In this document: piece by piece, positions 19,646-28,787 of the stretch | Layout: the number at the start of each line of letters is the position of its first letter | Numbering within the stretch: position 1 is the first letter of the stretch | Assembly (NCBI GenBank): GCA_963738405.1 | Contig: CAVTWJ010000009.1 | Coordinates: 224,001-288,000 of the forward strand | Direction of reading: 5' to 3' | From: a candidate division FCPU426 bacterium | GTDB taxonomy: Bacteria; Oederibacteriota; Muellerivitia; Muellerivitales; Muellerivitaceae | Length of the DNA: 64,000 bases | Made by a program: the position numbers and the translations under genes | The notes under the pieces: generated by a model | Told to the model about the DNA's origin: nothing | Seen by the model: only the letters and a program-made list of their open reading frames with translations | Databases searched by the model: none

Positions 19646-20431
19646 TTACTTTGCCGCGGCGTCCTGCGCGATGGCGAATAACACGTCATAGTGAATCTCA
19701 ATCTCGTCCGTGCATTTGATGGAAGTGACCAAAAGGTTGAAGACGGGCGGCGTGATTTTGTAATCGGTCATCTTCAGCTTCTGGACGCCTTTGACCCTTA
19801 TGACCCCGTCCTTAACCGTGGCTTCGGCGGTCAAGACAATCGGCTGGGTCACGCCCGAGATAGCCAAGGAACCCTTGGCGGTCATCACGTAGCTAGCGGC
19901 GTCTTTGCCCGCTTCTAAAGTTTCACTGGTCAAGGTGAAGTTGATATCAGGATTCTGGGACGTGTTGAGGGCTTTGTAAGCGTTATCGTCCAAACCCGAT
20001 TCTTTCGATTTCAACAGGGTGACGGGCACAGTCAATGCCATGGTCTCAGCCTTGCCGGCTTTCAAGGCCGCCAAAATTCCATCGTCGGTCTTGAGGGCCG
20101 TGGGTTTGGCCTTGAGAACTGCCGAGCCTTGGAGTGACTTGGCGCCCATTTCATATTTATGAAGGGTGGAATCGCCCAACAGATAAAGAACGCTGCCGGG
20201 TTGGATCGCCAGAAGAACCGATCCGGCCTTGGCGGTGACGCTCGCGACCGGACCCAGGATAGTCGCGGGCCGCTCGGTGATCGGTGGCACGGCGGTTCCG
20301 GACATCAATTGGTTTCCGGTCCAGGCGCTTTTGGTTGGAGCGGGTGCCGGGGTGGAATCAGCCCATAGGGCCGGAGTTGAAAGGGCGGCTAGGCCCATCA
20401 TCCCAATGAAGGCTTGTTTGATTTTTTTCAT
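19646..20431 (-). CDS. Exported YceI family protein
   Basis: GDSTLHKY, PV..LKS...GLD..AYKAL...NPDI.F, G.LAISGVT, LKMTDYKITPP. Confidence 0.88.
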   Translation of the reverse strand: MKKIKQAFIGMMGLAALSTPALWADSTPAPAPTKSAWTGNQLMSGTAVPPITERPATILGPVASVTAKAGSVLLAIQPGSVLYLLGDSTLHKYEMGAKSLQGSAVLKAKPTALKTDDGILAALKAGKAETMALTVPVTLLKSKESGLDDNAYKALNTSQNPDINFTLTSETLEAGKDAASYVMTAKGSLAISGVTQPIVLTAEATVKDGVIRVKGVQKLKMTDYKITPPVFNLLVTSIKCTDEIEIHYDVLFAIAQDAAAK

Positions 20432-20526
20432 TTCTGTTTCTCCTCGTTTTTTAAACCGTATTAAATTTCACTTCAGCCCAACCTCAAAAATTCTTTTCTC
20501 TCTTATCGGTTGGCATTTACTTGTAG

Positions 20527-20543
20527 AGCAAGGAGGGTGCCAG
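20527..20543 (-). promoter_or_regulatory. sigma54 (-24/-12) promoter
   Basis: Minus strand CTGGCAC-CCTCC-TTGCT matches TGGCAC-N5-TTGC, about 95 nt upstream of the yceI start. Confidence 0.8.
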
Positions 20544-20819
20544 CAGAAAAACCGGGGGAAAGTAAGAATTTTTGAAAGAAATCATTAATAAGGTTATGGG
20601 GGCATGGAGAGAACGCTATGGCGCGAACACCATAGTTCGGGATTAGTACCCCGGAATAGGTTTGAGGGAAAATGTTTGTAGGTTGATTTGCGAATTTAAG
20701 TTTCATGGCTCTCTCGTTGATCTCAAAGCGGTCTTTCGGATTTGCGAATTCAACTACACTACTCATCCGCTGGTCGATGGCTTGTTGATTGTGTTTTAAA
20801 GGTGTTCTTGAATTTGTTA

Positions 20820-20835
20820 TGTGACCTACGTCACA
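20820..20835. promoter_or_regulatory. CRP/FNR-family binding site
   Basis: TGTGA-CCTACG-TCACA, perfect CRP core. Confidence 0.7.
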
Positions 20836-20892
20836 CTGGGAAAAATTTATTAAAAAAATCTAATTAAACGGTAAGTAAGTCACCTTTGGTAA

Positions 20893-20908
20893 TGTGACGC
20901 AGATCATA
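20893..20908. promoter_or_regulatory. Second CRP/FNR-family site
   Basis: TGTGA-CGCAGA-TCATA, one mismatch. Confidence 0.55.
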
Positions 20909-21075
20909 ATATCCGTCATAGATACTAAGTAACCAATGGAAAGGGCCGAAAAGATTGTAAAAAAGGTTCCATATCAGATTGAGAGGGTCTACTCGAAAGA
21001 GGGATATTCGCTTATTTTGATGCGGCCGCAGTTGAGCTGGAACGGTGAAGGGCAAATGAAAGGTAAAGCTGGATC

Positions 21076-21408
21076 ATGACAGGATCATGGGTTGGGAAAG
21101 TTCCTTGGATAAAGTTTTTTTTGCTTTGGGGTCTTGCGATTTTGATGGGTGGGTCGCTTCTTTGGCTCCATTGGGGTTTTACTTCCCAAGTGCTCCCGCC
21201 CCTTATGGGATTAACCCTGATCGCGGGTTGCGGCCTTCTTTGGGCCACCAGCAGGCCCCAATGGCAAAAGACCTATTGTGGCTGGTGCGGAAAAAGCGTC
21301 AAGGCCCACTCCTCCCGAAGAGATGAAAAGGGAAAGGGTTGGGTTTTAGTATATTTATGCGCTTCTTGCGGGCAGGTCACCGAGAAGATTTCAGGTTCTA
21401 AAAAGTAA
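21076..21408 (+). CDS. Small two-TM protein with C-terminal zinc ribbon
   Basis: Two hydrophobic segments, CGWC...CASC. Confidence 0.65.
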   Translation: MTGSWVGKVPWIKFFLLWGLAILMGGSLLWLHWGFTSQVLPPLMGLTLIAGCGLLWATSRPQWQKTYCGWCGKSVKAHSSRRDEKGKGWVLVYLCASCGQVTEKISGSKK

Positions 21409-21469
21409 AATATTTATTCGAGAAATTCGAATAGCAGGGCAAGGAAAAGCCGCCGTTTGAAAATAAGCT

Positions 21470-22126
21470 ATGATATATGAAGCTTATCCAGAGGAATTTC
21501 CGAGGTTAGATTCAATGGCCGCAGAAAAATCAAGTACAAGCGAAAGGTCGCCTTTCCGGCTTCTATTCTTTGAAGCGCTGGCCCTGGGCGGTTATCTTTA
21601 CGTGCGGTCCCACCCCATTGCCCAACCCCTTTGGGACCTGAATTTTCGCTATAACGCCCTGGTTTTTCTTGCGGCCTATCCCATCCTTTTCGTTTACCGC
21701 TGGAAAGTGGCGAGCGGATGCTTAGGAATGATTCTTTGGCCCTTGAGTTATGTTTTGAGTCTGGCCTTAGGAATCTCCTGCTATCTTTGGCTGGCCTGCG
21801 GCTTTTATTATTTAGGTAGCCCCTTTTATACCAGCCTGACCCGGCACGAAATTGTCCTGGGGATACTGTTTACGCTAGTTTACTTTCCTTTACTTCAGCC
21901 GATCCTGGGTATTGGGAAAAGATATTTTTCCATTACGAAGGTTTTTGGAATCCTGCTCTTCTCGGTTTTTGGCGGATTCTTGGGTTACCTTCTTGGCCAG
22001 TTCATCATCAAGAAGGCTGGGATGCCTTCCGGGGATAATGGTCTTTTGTTTCTCCTATGGCTTGCTCTCATTTTAATAGGAGCCGCAGTGGGAGCCTTAG
22101 GCGCCCAGCGCAAGGGAAGCGATTGA
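21470..22126 (+). CDS. Hypothetical polytopic membrane protein (start may be the later MAAEK Met)
   Basis: About six hydrophobic segments. Confidence 0.7.
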   Translation: MIYEAYPEEFPRLDSMAAEKSSTSERSPFRLLFFEALALGGYLYVRSHPIAQPLWDLNFRYNALVFLAAYPILFVYRWKVASGCLGMILWPLSYVLSLALGISCYLWLACGFYYLGSPFYTSLTRHEIVLGILFTLVYFPLLQPILGIGKRYFSITKVFGILLFSVFGGFLGYLLGQFIIKKAGMPSGDNGLLFLLWLALILIGAAVGALGAQRKGSD

Positions 22127-22133
22127 AAGCATT

Positions 22134-22149
22134 CATGACGCAAGTCATG
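22134..22149. promoter_or_regulatory. Palindromic operator upstream of the metal efflux cluster
   Basis: CATGAC-GCAA-GTCATG perfect palindrome. Confidence 0.5.
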
Positions 22150-22200
22150 GCCGCTTGAAGTAAGAAAGTCTAATATAAGTTCCTGTTAGAGGCCTGTTTG

Positions 22201-22229
22201 TTGACACGTTAGAGATAGAGGGATAGGCT
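22201..22229 (+). promoter_or_regulatory. sigma70-like promoter
   Basis: TTGACA-N17-TAGGCT, 7 nt before ATG 22237. Confidence 0.65.
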
Positions 22230-22236
22230 TAAAGAC

Positions 22237-22593
22237 ATGAAGCGAATAACTTCCATCCTTAATCGAATGTTTCTGGTGACAGGGTTATTGATTGCATTAA
22301 CTCCTTGTGGCTCTTGCCACGCGTCTTCTATGACCCAGGCTTCCGCCTGTTCTATGGCCCATATGGACGGGATGAAATGCTGCGGGCAAGGCCCGTCTCA
22401 CAAAGCCCATAACCCCTTTTGCAAGGTCATGGATCAATCTTCCCTCCAGATTTCAGGAGCCCATTTGAATGTTGCCGATGTTCCGGCCGTTTCTTTCGTC
22501 GGCTTTTTGCCTTCCGTTTCCCGGATGGCAAGCTTTTCGCATCAGCCTCTTTTCGATACATCCCCCCCCAAGCCGCTCGTTCTCCGCATCTGA
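22237..22593 (+). CDS. Cys/Met/His-rich leader-type protein preceding the Cu efflux genes
   Basis: Hydrophobic N-terminus, CGSCH, CSMAHMDGMKCC, C-terminal SPPKPLVLRI. Confidence 0.7.
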   Translation: MKRITSILNRMFLVTGLLIALTPCGSCHASSMTQASACSMAHMDGMKCCGQGPSHKAHNPFCKVMDQSSLQISGAHLNVADVPAVSFVGFLPSVSRMASFSHQPLFDTSPPKPLVLRI

Positions 22594-22757
22594 AAATTCT
22601 CTAAAACCAGCCATAGGCCCTGTGGAATGGCCTATGGCGCTTTCGCGCGTCCATTAAAGGGCGCTCCAAGTCTTTTTCGTTCCGCAATTCAAGAGCAGGG
22701 GGATGCCTAACGCAAACCCCATATGAACCATTCGTTTTTAACTTAAGGAGAATCGTC

Positions 22758-23102
22758 ATGAAAACTTTAACTTTCGCTTTGGCAGTAGCTTTGATCCTTG
22801 GAACCACCACCTTCAGCTTTGCGGGGAACCATCCGGCTGTAACATATCCGGCAGGCAAGTTCGCTACGACTGGAGGGAATACGCAGGTTACCCCTTGGAA
22901 CAAGGGATCACTGCAATATCCGGGAGGCGTTGTTGTGGCCAAGGCCGAAAACGGGGTTTGTCCGGTAATGGGCCACAAAATAACCTCGAAGCATAATGCG
23001 GTAGTTGTCTTGTCTAACGGCAAACACATGACCTTGTGCTGTGTGCCATGCAAGCAAAGCGTCGAGCAGAATTTGGCGAAGTACCAGGACCTGATGTACT
23101 AA
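22758..23102 (+). CDS. Exported YHS/TRASH-like metal-binding protein
   Basis: AAGGAG RBS, signal peptide, CPVMG...LCCVPCK. Confidence 0.8.
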   Translation: MKTLTFALAVALILGTTTFSFAGNHPAVTYPAGKFATTGGNTQVTPWNKGSLQYPGGVVVAKAENGVCPVMGHKITSKHNAVVVLSNGKHMTLCCVPCKQSVEQNLAKYQDLMY

Positions 23103-23180
23103 AAGCAGAAGGAGCTTCATGGCGGAGCGCTATTAAAAACGCTCCGCTTGGCTTCCTAACTTGTTCAAGGGGAATTGAAA

Positions 23181-24470
23181 ATGAGATTAAAAATATTCAT
23201 GACCTTCGTGTTCCTTGGGGAATGCATTATTCCTACGAGGGGTTGGTCGCAGACGGCTGAAATGCAAGGGATGAATCATGGCATCGAGGGAAATTCCTCA
23301 ACGATTTCCCTGACGCTTTCCAAGGCTGAGGAACTGGCGTTGTCCGGCAACCCGCACATCAAGGCGGCGGATGACCGGGCTCAAGCCTCGGGGGACCGGG
23401 TTTTACCCGCCCTTTTTCCGGACGATCCCATGTTCGAAATTGATAATACCGTCCCAGGGATGGACCAATGGATGATCGAGGAAAAACTGGGTTTTCCCGG
23501 TAAGGGCATCGCCCAGGCGGACGTGAACGGAGCGGAAGCCAAAAAGTCGCAGGCGGAAGCTTCCGTGGAACGGCGGTCCATTGTGCTTCAGGCACGCCAG
23601 GCCTTTTGGGAATTTTACTACCGCCAGAAAGTCGACGGCCTTTTGCAAGAGGCGGAAAAAAACTGGAAGGGCTTAAGCCAGTTGATGGAATCCAAAGAAC
23701 TCAGCGGCCAGTGGCTTTCGGTGAAAACAATCAGTATGCAGATGGAAATGGCTAAGGCGGTGAACGAACTCATCACCAATAGCCGGGCCCTCAAGGTTTC
23801 ACAGTTCAACTTGAACCATCTATTCAGCCTGCCCCACGGGACCCTTTACACGATCCCCGATGACGTGTCCGTTTCTCCCTTCACGGGGAAGGAAGAGGAT
23901 TACGTGCAAAAGGCCCTTTCGCATAATTCCGAAATCGAAGTTTACCAGGACGCTGTCCAAGCCCAACAGGCAAGTCAAAGCCTGGCGGATTTTGATTACC
24001 TCCCGGACTTTGATGTTTGGGTCTCGGGGGTAAGGCGGCCCGACGGAGGATTTTCCGATTACGGCTACCGCTTGGGGATCAGCCTGCCGATTTTCTTTGC
24101 CGCTAAACAAAGCCCAGCTGCGGGGGCCGCCGCCGAAGAGGTTTCAGCCGCCCGTTACGATCTAAAGGGCAAACAAAACGAAGTGATTCACATGGTGGAA
24201 GACGCATTCGTCAACGCTGAATCGGCTTGGCGCCTCGTAAGGCTTTATGAAGAAGGCGGGCTATTGAGGCAAACCCAAAAGGCATGGGCCTCCACCCAGC
24301 TGGCTTATCGTAACGAAGAAATACCCCTCGCCGAATTCGTTGAGAACTACAACATCTACCTGGAAACTTTTCGAAGCTATTACCAATCCCAGGCCGATTA
24401 CGGAAAGGCCCTGGCGGAGTTGGATTACCAAACCGGGGAATTAAAAGGAGACAGCCATGAAAACCAATAA
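23181..24470 (+). CDS. cusC: TolC/CusC-family outer membrane efflux protein
   Basis: AEELALSGNP.I.AA, LGFPGK, YLPDFD, GISLPIF; upstream of MFP and RND genes. Confidence 0.85.
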   Translation: MRLKIFMTFVFLGECIIPTRGWSQTAEMQGMNHGIEGNSSTISLTLSKAEELALSGNPHIKAADDRAQASGDRVLPALFPDDPMFEIDNTVPGMDQWMIEEKLGFPGKGIAQADVNGAEAKKSQAEASVERRSIVLQARQAFWEFYYRQKVDGLLQEAEKNWKGLSQLMESKELSGQWLSVKTISMQMEMAKAVNELITNSRALKVSQFNLNHLFSLPHGTLYTIPDDVSVSPFTGKEEDYVQKALSHNSEIEVYQDAVQAQQASQSLADFDYLPDFDVWVSGVRRPDGGFSDYGYRLGISLPIFFAAKQSPAAGAAAEEVSAARYDLKGKQNEVIHMVEDAFVNAESAWRLVRLYEEGGLLRQTQKAWASTQLAYRNEEIPLAEFVENYNIYLETFRSYYQSQADYGKALAELDYQTGELKGDSHENQ

Positions 24471-25512
24471 ATCGAAAAGGATTTTTCTGTTAAGCCTGCT
24501 GTTGGCGGCGTCCGCGGGAACCCTGGTTTTTGGGGGATGCGGAAAAAACCCAGGTTCCACCCAGGCCCAAGCCAAGGCAACTATCTATACCTGTGTCATG
24601 CACCACCAGATCCGCCGAGACAAACCGGGGGATTGCCCCATCTGCGGGATGACGTTGGTTCCATTGGAACAAGTCACGGGAGAATCCGCAGCGACAACCA
24701 TCCTTGCGGCGGAATCAGGGCCGGTCAGTGAAAAAAAGATCAAGTATTGGGCCAATCCAATGGACCCAGCTCAACACAGCCGCAAATCGATGAAAGATGA
24801 CATGGGGATGGATTACATCCCGGTTTACGAAGATGGCTCGGCGGCGGCCGGGAATGCGCCCGAAGCACTCAAGGGGTTGGCGGTCGTTCAAATTAGCCCC
24901 TACAAACAGCAGTTGATCGGGGTGAGGTTCGCGGCGGTTCAAAAGGCCCCCATCACCCGGGTAATCCATACGGGGGGGCGCTTCGCGGGGGGCGAGGGCG
25001 ACTTCGCGGCCATGGCGGGCGATTTCGCAGCGAGAAATTCACTCCAGTCTTCAGGGCGTTACGTCGTGGCCGATGTCTACGCGCTGGATCTGCCCTTCGT
25101 GAAGGCCGGGCAGAAGGCGGTCGTGACCTCCATGAGTGGTTCGGGGGAAAGGGTGGAAGGGAAGATCACCCACATTTACCCCTACGACGAAACCCAGTCC
25201 CGGGTGACAAGGGTCAAGATCACACTGGACAAGCCCATGGCGGCAGGTCTTTTCGCCAACGTGGATATCGAAGCGGTCGCCGGGCCCTTTTTATGCGTGC
25301 CGCCCTCGGCGGTCATGGATACGGGCACCCACCGTTATGTCTTTGTCCAAACCGAACCCGGAACCTTTTCTCCCCGTGAAGTCACGGTGGGCACCCAGGG
25401 AACCGATTTATGGGAAGTGACTTCGGGTTTAAAAGAAGGCGAAAAGGTCGTCGATGGGGCGAATTTCCTCATCGATTCCGATTCCAAAATCACATCGTCT
25501 TTCGCCGAATAA
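24457..25512 (+). CDS. cusB: CusB-like periplasmic adaptor with two heavy-metal-binding motifs, internally shortened
   Basis: YTCVMH...CPICGMTLVP, YWANPMDP...DDMGMDYIPVY, VP.SAVMDTG, GLKEGEKVV..ANFLIDSDS. Confidence 0.85.
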   Translation: MKTNKSKRIFLLSLLLAASAGTLVFGGCGKNPGSTQAQAKATIYTCVMHHQIRRDKPGDCPICGMTLVPLEQVTGESAATTILAAESGPVSEKKIKYWANPMDPAQHSRKSMKDDMGMDYIPVYEDGSAAAGNAPEALKGLAVVQISPYKQQLIGVRFAAVQKAPITRVIHTGGRFAGGEGDFAAMAGDFAARNSLQSSGRYVVADVYALDLPFVKAGQKAVVTSMSGSGERVEGKITHIYPYDETQSRVTRVKITLDKPMAAGLFANVDIEAVAGPFLCVPPSAVMDTGTHRYVFVQTEPGTFSPREVTVGTQGTDLWEVTSGLKEGEKVVDGANFLIDSDSKITSSFAE

Positions 25513-25521
25513 GGGGAAAAC

Positions 25522-28500
25522 ATGATTTCCAAACTGATCGACTGGTGCGGTAAGAACAAATTCCTAGTATCTCTCGGGATGCTGGTCATTATTTTCTGGG
25601 GTATTTGGGCGCTGAAAAACATCCCCCTGGACGCCATTCCTGACATCTCGGACACCCAGGTGGTGGTTTACGCCAAATGGATGAAGAGCCCGGACATATT
25701 GGAAGACCAGGTGGCTTATCCCATCGTGCGGGCGCTTTTGGGCGCGCCGAAGGTCAAGACCATCCGGGCCTTCTCGGATTTCGGCTACAGCTATGTTTAC
25801 ATTCTCTTTGACGACGGGACGGACCCCTATTGGGCCCGGAGCCGGGTTCTGGAATACCTTTCCAAAGTGCAGGGGAACCTGCCCGAGGGGGTGAAAGTAG
25901 AAATGGGCCCGGACGCTACGGGCGTAGGATGGGTTTACCAATACGCCCTGGTCGACAAAACCGGCCAGCACACGTTATCCGAATTGAAAAGCTACCAGGA
26001 CTGGAACCTGCGCTACCAGCTTCAAAGTCTTTCCGGCGTGGCGGAAGTATCCACCGTGGGCGGCGAGACCAAGCAATACCAGGTCGAGGTCAACCCGAAC
26101 GCACTGGCATCCTATGACCTCACTTTCGGACAGGTTCTGGACGCGGTGAGAAATTCCAACCGGGACGTGGGCGGAAGGCTTTTGGAAATCAACGGCGCCG
26201 AATACATGATCCGGGGCCTGGGTTATTTAAAAGGCATTTCGGACATTGAAAGGGTAGTGGTGGGCCGGGACAAACAGGGCACTCCCATCTTCATCGGGGA
26301 TATCGCCCATGTGCAGACGGGCCCGGAGGTTCGCCGGGGCGTAGCCGAATTGGATGGGGAAGGCGAAGTGGTAGGCGGTATCGTGACCGCCCGCTACGGC
26401 GAAAACGCGCTTTCCGTCATCCGGCGGGTAAAACAAAAACTGGAAGAGATCAAACCATCGCTTCCTCCGGGAGTGGAAGTGGTTCCGGTTTACGACCGGT
26501 CGGAACTCATCAACAAGTCCATCGATACCCTGACCCATGAACAGATCAAGCTGGCTATCGCGGTGGCGCTGGTGTGCCTGGTCTTTTTATGGCACCTGCC
26601 TTCGGCCCTCGTCATCATCCTCACCCTGCCCCTGGCCGTTTTGATGTCCTTTATCTGCATGAAATACCTGGGGGTCTCCTCGAACATCATGAGCCTGGGG
26701 GGCATCGCCATCGCCATTGGGGCCATGGTGGACGCTTCCATCATCATGGTCGAAAACGCCTGCAAGAGGCTGGAAGAATGGGAAATCGGCGGCCAAAAAG
26801 GCGATCGCACCGAGGTGATATTGAACGCGGCCAAGGAAGTGGGGCCGTCGCTTTTTTATACCCTGCTGGTCATCACGGTCGGGTTCCTTCCTGTATTCGC
26901 CCTGCAGGGGCAAGAAGGCAAGCTCTTCTCGCCCCTGGCCTACACCAAAACCTTTTCCATGTTCTTCGCGGCTTTCCTCGCCGTCACGGTGACGCCCTTC
27001 CTGATGGTGATCTTTCTGAAGGGAAAAATTTTGACCGAGGAAGAACACCCCCTGAATCGATTATTGGATAGGCTCTACACCCGCCCGGCCAAGTGGGTTT
27101 TGGAAAACCAAAAAAAGACGATTCTCGCGGCCCTGGGGCTGATCTTGGTGACGGTCTTTCCCCTTTCCCGGTTGGGAAGCGAATTCATGCCACCCCTTTG
27201 GGAAGGATCGCTTCTCTATATGCCCACCACCCTACCAGGGGTATCGGTCACCGAGGCGGCAAGGATTCTTCAAACCCAGGATCGGATCATCAAGTCCTTC
27301 CCCGAGGTAGAAAGGGTCTTCGGCAAGGCGGGGAGGGCCGAAACCTCGCTCGATCCGGCTCCCTTTTCAATGGTGGAAACCACCATCACCCTCAAACCGG
27401 AAAGCCAATGGCGCAAGGGCATGACACAGGAAAAACTGATCCACGATTTGAATGAAGCCCTTCAGTTTCCCGGTTATACCAACGCCATGACCATGCCCAT
27501 CATCAACCGCATCAACATGCTTACCACGGGCGTGCGCACACCCATCGGCATCAAGGTCTTGGGAACGGACTTTAAAACCATCGAACGGGTCGGGATCGAT
27601 GTCGAAAAAGCCCTTACCAATCTCAAGGGCACCTCCAGCGTCTATGCCGAACGAGTGACTGGGGGTTATTACGTCGACATCACTCCCCGCAAGGACCAGA
27701 TCGCTCGTTACGGGCTTCGCATTGAGGACGTGAACGAAATTATCGAGATGGCCATTGGCGGAGATACCGTCACTACGACGGTGGAGGGTCGGGAACGATA
27801 CTCGGTGAGCGTGCGTTATGCCAAAGATTTCCGGGACGACGTGGATAAACTGCGCCGTGTTTTGGTGACCACTGCGTCAGGAAGCAAGGTTCAGCTCGGA
27901 CAACTTGCTGATGTTAGCCTCTCTCTGGGGCCCGGCATGATTCGGGATGAAAACGGCCTTCTGGCGGGTTATGTGTATGTCGATATTGCCGGAATCGATC
28001 CTGGAACCTATGTTCAATTGGCTAAGAAACTAATTGCCGAAAAGGTACATCTTCCGGTGGGGACCAGCCTGGCCTGGAGCGGCCAGTACGAGTACATGGT
28101 GAGGGCCATGGAACGTCTCAAGATCATGGTTCCGGTGACGCTCCTCATCGTGTTCCTCTTGATTTATTTCAATACCAAATCCTTCACGGAAACCTTCATC
28201 GTGCTGTTAGCGGTGCCTTTTTCCCTCATTGGGGCGGTGTGGCTGCTTTGGGCGCTGGGCTATAACACCTCGGTGGCGGTGTGGGTGGGGGTGATCGCCC
28301 TGGCGGGGCTGGACGCCGAGACGGGGGTGGTGATGCTTCTATACTTGAACCTGTCCTACCGAAAATACCGGGAGGAAGGGAAGATGAACAATCTTCAGGA
28401 CTTGGAAGAATCGGTTATGCATGGGGCGGTGAAAAGGCTTCGCCCCAAACTGATGACGGTCTCGGCGGCCTGGTTTGGGCTGGTGCCGATCCTCTTTTCC

Positions 28501-28680
28501 ACGGGGGTAGGGGCGGATGTGATGAAACGCATCGCGGCGCCCATGGTAGGCGGGGTTTTTACGTCTTTTCTTTTGGAACTTCTGGTTTATCCCGTTTTGT
28601 TTACCTTGTGGAAATGGCATACCGAGGTAAACCCCGAAAAACCCAAGGGTTTTTGGAAAGGGGTGGCCAAAATCGGTTGA
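25522..28680 (+). CDS. cusA: CusA/SilA heavy-metal RND efflux pump (Cu(I)/Ag(I) type)
   Basis: DAIPDISDTQV, GPDATGVGWVYQY, GAMVDASIIMVEN, Met triad LLYMP / FSMVET / INMLTTG, RLRPKLMT. Confidence 0.96.
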   Translation: MISKLIDWCGKNKFLVSLGMLVIIFWGIWALKNIPLDAIPDISDTQVVVYAKWMKSPDILEDQVAYPIVRALLGAPKVKTIRAFSDFGYSYVYILFDDGTDPYWARSRVLEYLSKVQGNLPEGVKVEMGPDATGVGWVYQYALVDKTGQHTLSELKSYQDWNLRYQLQSLSGVAEVSTVGGETKQYQVEVNPNALASYDLTFGQVLDAVRNSNRDVGGRLLEINGAEYMIRGLGYLKGISDIERVVVGRDKQGTPIFIGDIAHVQTGPEVRRGVAELDGEGEVVGGIVTARYGENALSVIRRVKQKLEEIKPSLPPGVEVVPVYDRSELINKSIDTLTHEQIKLAIAVALVCLVFLWHLPSALVIILTLPLAVLMSFICMKYLGVSSNIMSLGGIAIAIGAMVDASIIMVENACKRLEEWEIGGQKGDRTEVILNAAKEVGPSLFYTLLVITVGFLPVFALQGQEGKLFSPLAYTKTFSMFFAAFLAVTVTPFLMVIFLKGKILTEEEHPLNRLLDRLYTRPAKWVLENQKKTILAALGLILVTVFPLSRLGSEFMPPLWEGSLLYMPTTLPGVSVTEAARILQTQDRIIKSFPEVERVFGKAGRAETSLDPAPFSMVETTITLKPESQWRKGMTQEKLIHDLNEALQFPGYTNAMTMPIINRINMLTTGVRTPIGIKVLGTDFKTIERVGIDVEKALTNLKGTSSVYAERVTGGYYVDITPRKDQIARYGLRIEDVNEIIEMAIGGDTVTTTVEGRERYSVSVRYAKDFRDDVDKLRRVLVTTASGSKVQLGQLADVSLSLGPGMIRDENGLLAGYVYVDIAGIDPGTYVQLAKKLIAEKVHLPVGTSLAWSGQYEYMVRAMERLKIMVPVTLLIVFLLIYFNTKSFTETFIVLLAVPFSLIGAVWLLWALGYNTSVAVWVGVIALAGLDAETGVVMLLYLNLSYRKYREEGKMNNLQDLEESVMHGAVKRLRPKLMTVSAAWFGLVPILFSTGVGADVMKRIAAPMVGGVFTSFLLELLVYPVLFTLWKWHTEVNPEKPKGFWKGVAKIG

Positions 28681-28787
28681 AAAGACGAGTAACTTTAGCC
28701 GGTGGTTCGTCTTATATAAGTGAGATTCGGCGGTTGTTCTCATTCCCCCAAGGGGATGAAACCTATTCAAGTTTGAGGAGAAACAAA

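Noticed and set aside
20510..20524. Plus-strand TGGCA...TTGT sigma54-like sequence
   Set aside because: Spacing is one base short and the -12 GC is missing
20503..20766. 87-aa minus-strand ORF in the intergenic region
   Set aside because: Covers the sigma54 promoter and putative enhancer sites; no protein features
28281..28787. N-terminal extension of the ORF ending at 29093
   Set aside because: Overlaps cusA out of frame; RBS and signal peptide begin at 28788
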